Source: Schizochytrium sp. TIO01
Taxonomy: Eukaryota > Protista > Bigyra: Labyrinthulomycetes
Assembly (NCBI GenBank): GCA_004764695.1
Contig: SMSO01000032.1
Span: forward strand, 8,030,483 to 8,094,482
Reading direction: 5' to 3'
DNA: 64,000 nt
Below are positions 60,158-64,000 of the stretch, in pieces. A program made the position numbers and the translations under genes. The notes under the pieces were generated by a model that had not been told where the DNA came from, made no database searches, and saw nothing but the letters and a program-made list of their open reading frames with translations. The first letter of the stretch is position 1, and the number at the start of each line of letters is the position of its first letter.

Positions 60158-61937
60158 CTCCGCCCCCTCCTCGCCCTCGCACGTCTCTCACGCCGGCGCC
60201 GCGCACCACGAAGACCGCCGTGCGCGCCGCAAGGAAGGGCGACTTCGCCAGACGCGCCCGCCGAACCGCGAGCTGCACCTTGGTCCGCGCCGCTCGAGGA
60301 TTCGCTGTCTCCACGGACCGCGACGAAGAGGGCTCCTTCGGAGTATGCGAGCGGGAATGGGAATGGGAATGGGAATGGGATTGCAAAGTAGAAGAAGAAG
60401 TCGAAGAACCCAAGGAAGCGGAAGGGTCCCCGACACCGCTACCGGAAACGCTAGCAGTGGCGCTAGGCCCTGACGCAGAAACGGAGCTGGAGCATGGATC
60501 TCTATAACGAGCGGCACTTGCGGAGATGTCTTTGGGAGAAGCAGAAGAAGAGGAGGCGAGATTGGAGGCGCTGGCGGAGTCGTTTTCCACGGGGATGGAG
60601 ACGCTCTTGGAGGAGGACGCGGAGGTGGGGCGGGGAAGAGTGACGGAGACTGACTCTGAAGAACGCTCGATAATGAGGCGGTGAGTGACGGCGTGGGACC
60701 ATGACTCGCCCAGGGCAGGTGCCAGGTATGATGTGCTGCTACTATCAGGACGGTGGGCAGGACCGCCGATGTGAGATGGCGAAGGCGACCGTGAACGGTC
60801 TGAAGAACCGTGATGTGTTGCTGATGCTGGGGCAGCGGGAGAACCGGATGGCCCTGTACCATTTCCTGGAAAACGGATCGTCATCTGGTTCGTCACGACC
60901 ACAGCAACTCTGAAATCCGCCGCGAGCGCGTTAAGCATTTGTGCATGAGCTGAAAGGATCCGCGCCCTCTGCCCAGCATGACTTCCTGAATCCTGTCTAA
61001 AATGAAATGCCACAGAATCCATGATAACTAGCTTTATCTTTGAATTCTGCCTCAATATTGTTTTCGCTCTGTGCGCCACGGCGAGCTGTTCCGCAAGACT
61101 GTGCACCCTGCATACATGGACCTTTGCTAAAATACCTTCAGTGCCTCCAAGCTCCTCAAAAGCGGCTCGCTGTCGCTCGTGCGTGGCTTCGTCCCCGCGA
61201 GATTGGCTCGCCCTCAGTGTCCTCCGGAGCTGCTGCGCAACGGCCTCCGCCATCTCTGCAAGTCGTGAAGCCGTGAAGCCACCCTCAGTGTCCACGAAGA
61301 GTGCTTCCCCGCCTAGGCCACCGAATGCCACCGGAATTGTCACATCCACAGCCAGTTGGAGAGCTATCTGCGTCTTACCAGATCCAGGAGCACCGCAGAG
61401 CTCGGTCACCCCGCCAATAGCGACGCCACCACCCAGAACATCGTCAAGAGCTTTGCAGAGCGTCAAGATGCGACCGCTGAGGCCATCCGAGCGCTCCTCA
61501 TTGAGCACATCCAGAGCACTTCGACCGCGCCGCCGCTTCAGGGAAGATGATTCAGGAGGTTGAGAGGACCAGCGAGGTTTGGAATCAGTGCCGGGGCGCG
61601 CTGCAGAGGCAGAAGTAGGTGCGGATGGTGACAGGGACATAGTTGTTGCAACATTTTGAGGGACTCTCGAGGCCGGGTTTGAAACTGATGAACTTGGCAG
61701 CGGAGCAGAAGAAGAAGGAAAGGAAGAGGCAGCAAGTTCGGAGAGAAGGGAGGAGACAACGGCAGGATCCATTCCAAGCTCGCGAGCGACAACTACGGGG
61801 CTGACAAGAGAGGCCGCAGAGGAAGATTGAAATCCGCAAGCCCGCATGAGACGGAGCGCGGCAGGGGAGACCGAGAGAGCGGCAAGGGCGCTGCCGGAGG
61901 AAGAACCGCCCACGCCGCAATCTGAGACGTCGTCCAT
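60147..61937 (-). CDS. RAD51C: RAD51 paralog C
   Basis: I.T.C.ALDDVLGGG...G.VTELCGAPGSGKTQ.A.QLAVDV.IP..FGG..GEA.FVDTEG; KLVIMDSVAFHFR; NQMT; PALGESW.HA; C-terminal R.A.L.KSP......F.V...G.RD. Confidence 0.93.
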   Translation of the reverse strand: MDDVSDCGVGGSSSGSALAALSVSPAALRLMRACGFQSSSAASLVSPVVVARELGMDPAVVSSLLSELAASSFPSSSAPLPSSSVSNPASRVPQNVATTMSLSPSAPTSASAARPGTDSKPRWSSQPPESSSLKRRRGRSALDVLNEERSDGLSGRILTLCKALDDVLGGGVAIGGVTELCGAPGSGKTQIALQLAVDVTIPVAFGGLGGEALFVDTEGGFTASRLAEMAEAVAQQLRRTLRASQSRGDEATHERQRAAFEELGGTEGILAKVHVCRVHSLAEQLAVAHRAKTILRQNSKIKLVIMDSVAFHFRQDSGSHAGQRARILSAHAQMLNALAADFRVAVVVTNQMTIRFPGNGTGPSGSPAAPASATHHGSSDRSRSPSPSHIGGPAHRPDSSSTSYLAPALGESWSHAVTHRLIIERSSESVSVTLPRPTSASSSKSVSIPVENDSASASNLASSSSASPKDISASAARYRDPCSSSVSASGPSATASVSGSGVGDPSASLGSSTSSSTLQSHSHSHSHSRSHTPKEPSSSRSVETANPRAARTKVQLAVRRARLAKSPFLAARTAVFVVRGAGVRDVRGRGGGGDGA

Positions 61938-62671
61938 TTTTCAAGGAGAGGTGAACAGCTAGCGCCCACGCTTCCACGCAGAGAGTTGATGGCAAGATTG
62001 CCGTTCTGCTACGAAATGAACTTTTTAAAATAGCTACCCACGTTCCGCACAGCGCTCTCTCTTTGCTTATCTCAATATGATACAAATTGTCCATGAAGAG
62101 TAATTGATAACATTGTAAGCGACCAACAATAATATAAAATAGGAGGCAATTTTCGTTCTAAAACTGATGATGTTCCAAGGGTGTTCTGGTGTTCTTTAGA
62201 CGGTTAGATAGGAGAACCCTATGTTTAGCTATGTTTAGCTTATAAAGTTTTAAATTGGTATTACAGTTAGGCATCATAACATAACCTTTTCCATAAAATG
62301 CAATTCATACATAAATTGCAATTCATAAATAAGACTTGCGGTGAAATATCTTTGCTAGCGTCGCCTCGTGTGTTGCCTTTGCTTTGAGACACTTACAAAT
62401 TGCATGTAACGAGCAAGGATTACAAGATACCTTGGTTGTTTACAGTCTCCTGTACCTCCCACTTTTATTTAATTATAAAGTTTGTGGTGAATTGTGACTT
62501 GCAAGAGCACTATTTATTTCTTTATTTATTCCAAAGAATGGTGGACAAAGTGACAGTGCAAAATGACAACAACTCCTACTTCCCCGTTTTTGCGGAGCTC
62601 AAGCAGATAGAGGATACTTGACGACGAAAGATTTGGTCAGCAGACGCCTGCTCTTAAGGCGCCAAATCAGA

Positions 62672-63796
62672 ATGTCGCCGCTGGTGGCGGTGGCACGCCT
62701 TGCAGACGCAGAAAAGCCCGATGAGGGTGCGCCGGACGCCTACGAACTTGTGGCGGCGGACCTTGAGTCACTTGTGGTGGATCTTGCGAAGGATGCCGTC
62801 CTTGAGAATAATGGCGTTCCACAAATAAGGCCCCTTGCAAAAGGAGTGCTGCAAATATCATTTTCGAACGGTGAAGCCGGAGAAAAAGCCTTGCAGATCC
62901 TCCAGGGTGCCAAAATGTCACCATCAGGAAAATCTCTTGTGCTTCAAGTGCGTAATCCACACTCCAGAAACCGCTCGAACGCAGCTCCAAAGAGGAAAGA
63001 TTTTGATGATGGCACGGCGAAAACAGACCCTAGTAACGCGGAAAAAATTGGGAAAGTAGCTAACGGAACGCAAAGCTTTCGAGAAGTCGAAACAATCCTA
63101 GGAAATCACCCTGAAATTCCTGGCTTGGTGATTATTGGAGACTTCGTAAGTCTCATAGAGGAAAACGAGCTTCTTGGCCGAGTTGATGAGGCTTGGGAAA
63201 GTCCTGTACATAGACACCAGCCTAAGAAACGCCGTGTGAGGCATTTTGGATACAAATTTGACTATGGCACCAGGCGTTGCGACAAATCAGACCCTATGGG
63301 TGCCTTTCCAACGTGGATGAACCCTATTGCAGACCGTGTGGCAGAGGAAGTTCGGAAACTTGGACCAACCTGCAATAGTTGGATTTGTGAGCAAGTCACA
63401 GCCAACGAGTACTTGCCTGGTCAAGGCATTCCTCCCCATGTAGATACACATTCAGCCTTCTACGACGGATTGGCAAGTTTGAGCCTTGGTGGCTCCAGTG
63501 TCATGCGATTCTGCCCAGATGGGCGACGTGATGCACCTATTGACGTGTACCTTCCGGGTCGTTCGCTTGTTATTATGAGTCGGGATGCACGTTATCGTTT
63601 TACCCATGGTATTCTGCAACGAAAGAGTGATCCGGTCGCAGGCTTAGGCATTGTGCCTCGAGAGAAGCGCGTTAGTTTAACGTTTCGTAGAGTTAAATCG
63701 TCTGCTGAATGCAGTCCCTGCCCTTGTCCATTGATGTGTGACCTTACTCCAGATATTGTCGATGAAGATAGTAGTAGCGATTTCTGTCAACCGTAG
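62672..63796 (+). CDS. ALKBH8: ALKBH8-like Fe(II)/2OG dioxygenase (degenerate RRM-like region, AlkB domain, Cys-rich Zn motif), no methyltransferase domain in the ORF
   Basis: IPGL..I.DFVS..EE.ELL; RRVRHFGY.FDY; Q.T.NEY.PGQGIPPHVDTHSAF (HxD); ARY.FTHGI..RKSD; RVSLTFRR; C.PCPCP..CD. First ATG at 62672 (the ORF track starts at a TTG). Confidence 0.9.
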   Translation: MSPLVAVARLADAEKPDEGAPDAYELVAADLESLVVDLAKDAVLENNGVPQIRPLAKGVLQISFSNGEAGEKALQILQGAKMSPSGKSLVLQVRNPHSRNRSNAAPKRKDFDDGTAKTDPSNAEKIGKVANGTQSFREVETILGNHPEIPGLVIIGDFVSLIEENELLGRVDEAWESPVHRHQPKKRRVRHFGYKFDYGTRRCDKSDPMGAFPTWMNPIADRVAEEVRKLGPTCNSWICEQVTANEYLPGQGIPPHVDTHSAFYDGLASLSLGGSSVMRFCPDGRRDAPIDVYLPGRSLVIMSRDARYRFTHGILQRKSDPVAGLGIVPREKRVSLTFRRVKSSAECSPCPCPLMCDLTPDIVDEDSSSDFCQP

Positions 63797-64000
63797 GCGG
63801 GGATTTTGATTAATATTAACAAATAGCTATAGCTGCTCGTGTGTAAATCCCAATAAGCACGTCAAGTGTTAGCCATTTTAAGTATCAGGAGGTATATCTC
63901 ATGTTCGGTTAGTATGTCTTTTTTTAGTGTTGTATAGGGAATGGATAATTATTTTGAGGTTTATGAACTTTTAAAGGGAAGACTTTTGTATACAAAAAAG

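Noticed and set aside
42576-63796. Functional RNA/tRNA-metabolism cluster (RMP1, MetRS, ALKBH8)
   Set aside because: The genes are separated by unrelated genes and an 8-kb gap; ordinary housekeeping adjacency is sufficient.

Overview
Eukaryotic nuclear DNA, not prokaryotic: it has a GT-AG intron with a CTAAC branch point, long microsatellites, and no SD/operon structure. Intron-poor genes with GC-rich third codon positions, microsatellite-rich intergenic DNA and a cytosolic-looking MetRS1-type synthetase suggest a stramenopile, plausibly a thraustochytrid; that is inference, not verified. Positions 1-37,800 contain no intact recognisable gene. They hold a probable decayed retroelement (gag-like) at the left edge, a frameshifted Glu-rich repeat relic, and alternating GC-rich islands and microsatellite/AT blocks, and they lead into a four-repeat Myb transcription factor (37800-39851). 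A compact gene block follows: an intron-containing glycosyltransferase-like gene resembling a family I recall from giant viruses and bacteria, an RMP1/NEPRO-like RNase MRP subunit, and MetRS with an EMAPII tail. After an 8-kb gap come mitochondrial ClpX, an LRR protein with a C-terminal membrane hairpin whose first ATG overlaps the RAD51C stop by 11 nt, RAD51C with large Ser-rich insertions, and a methyltransferase-less ALKBH8. No rRNA, tRNA or CRISPR array was found. All family assignments come from motif recognition by eye; no searches were run.
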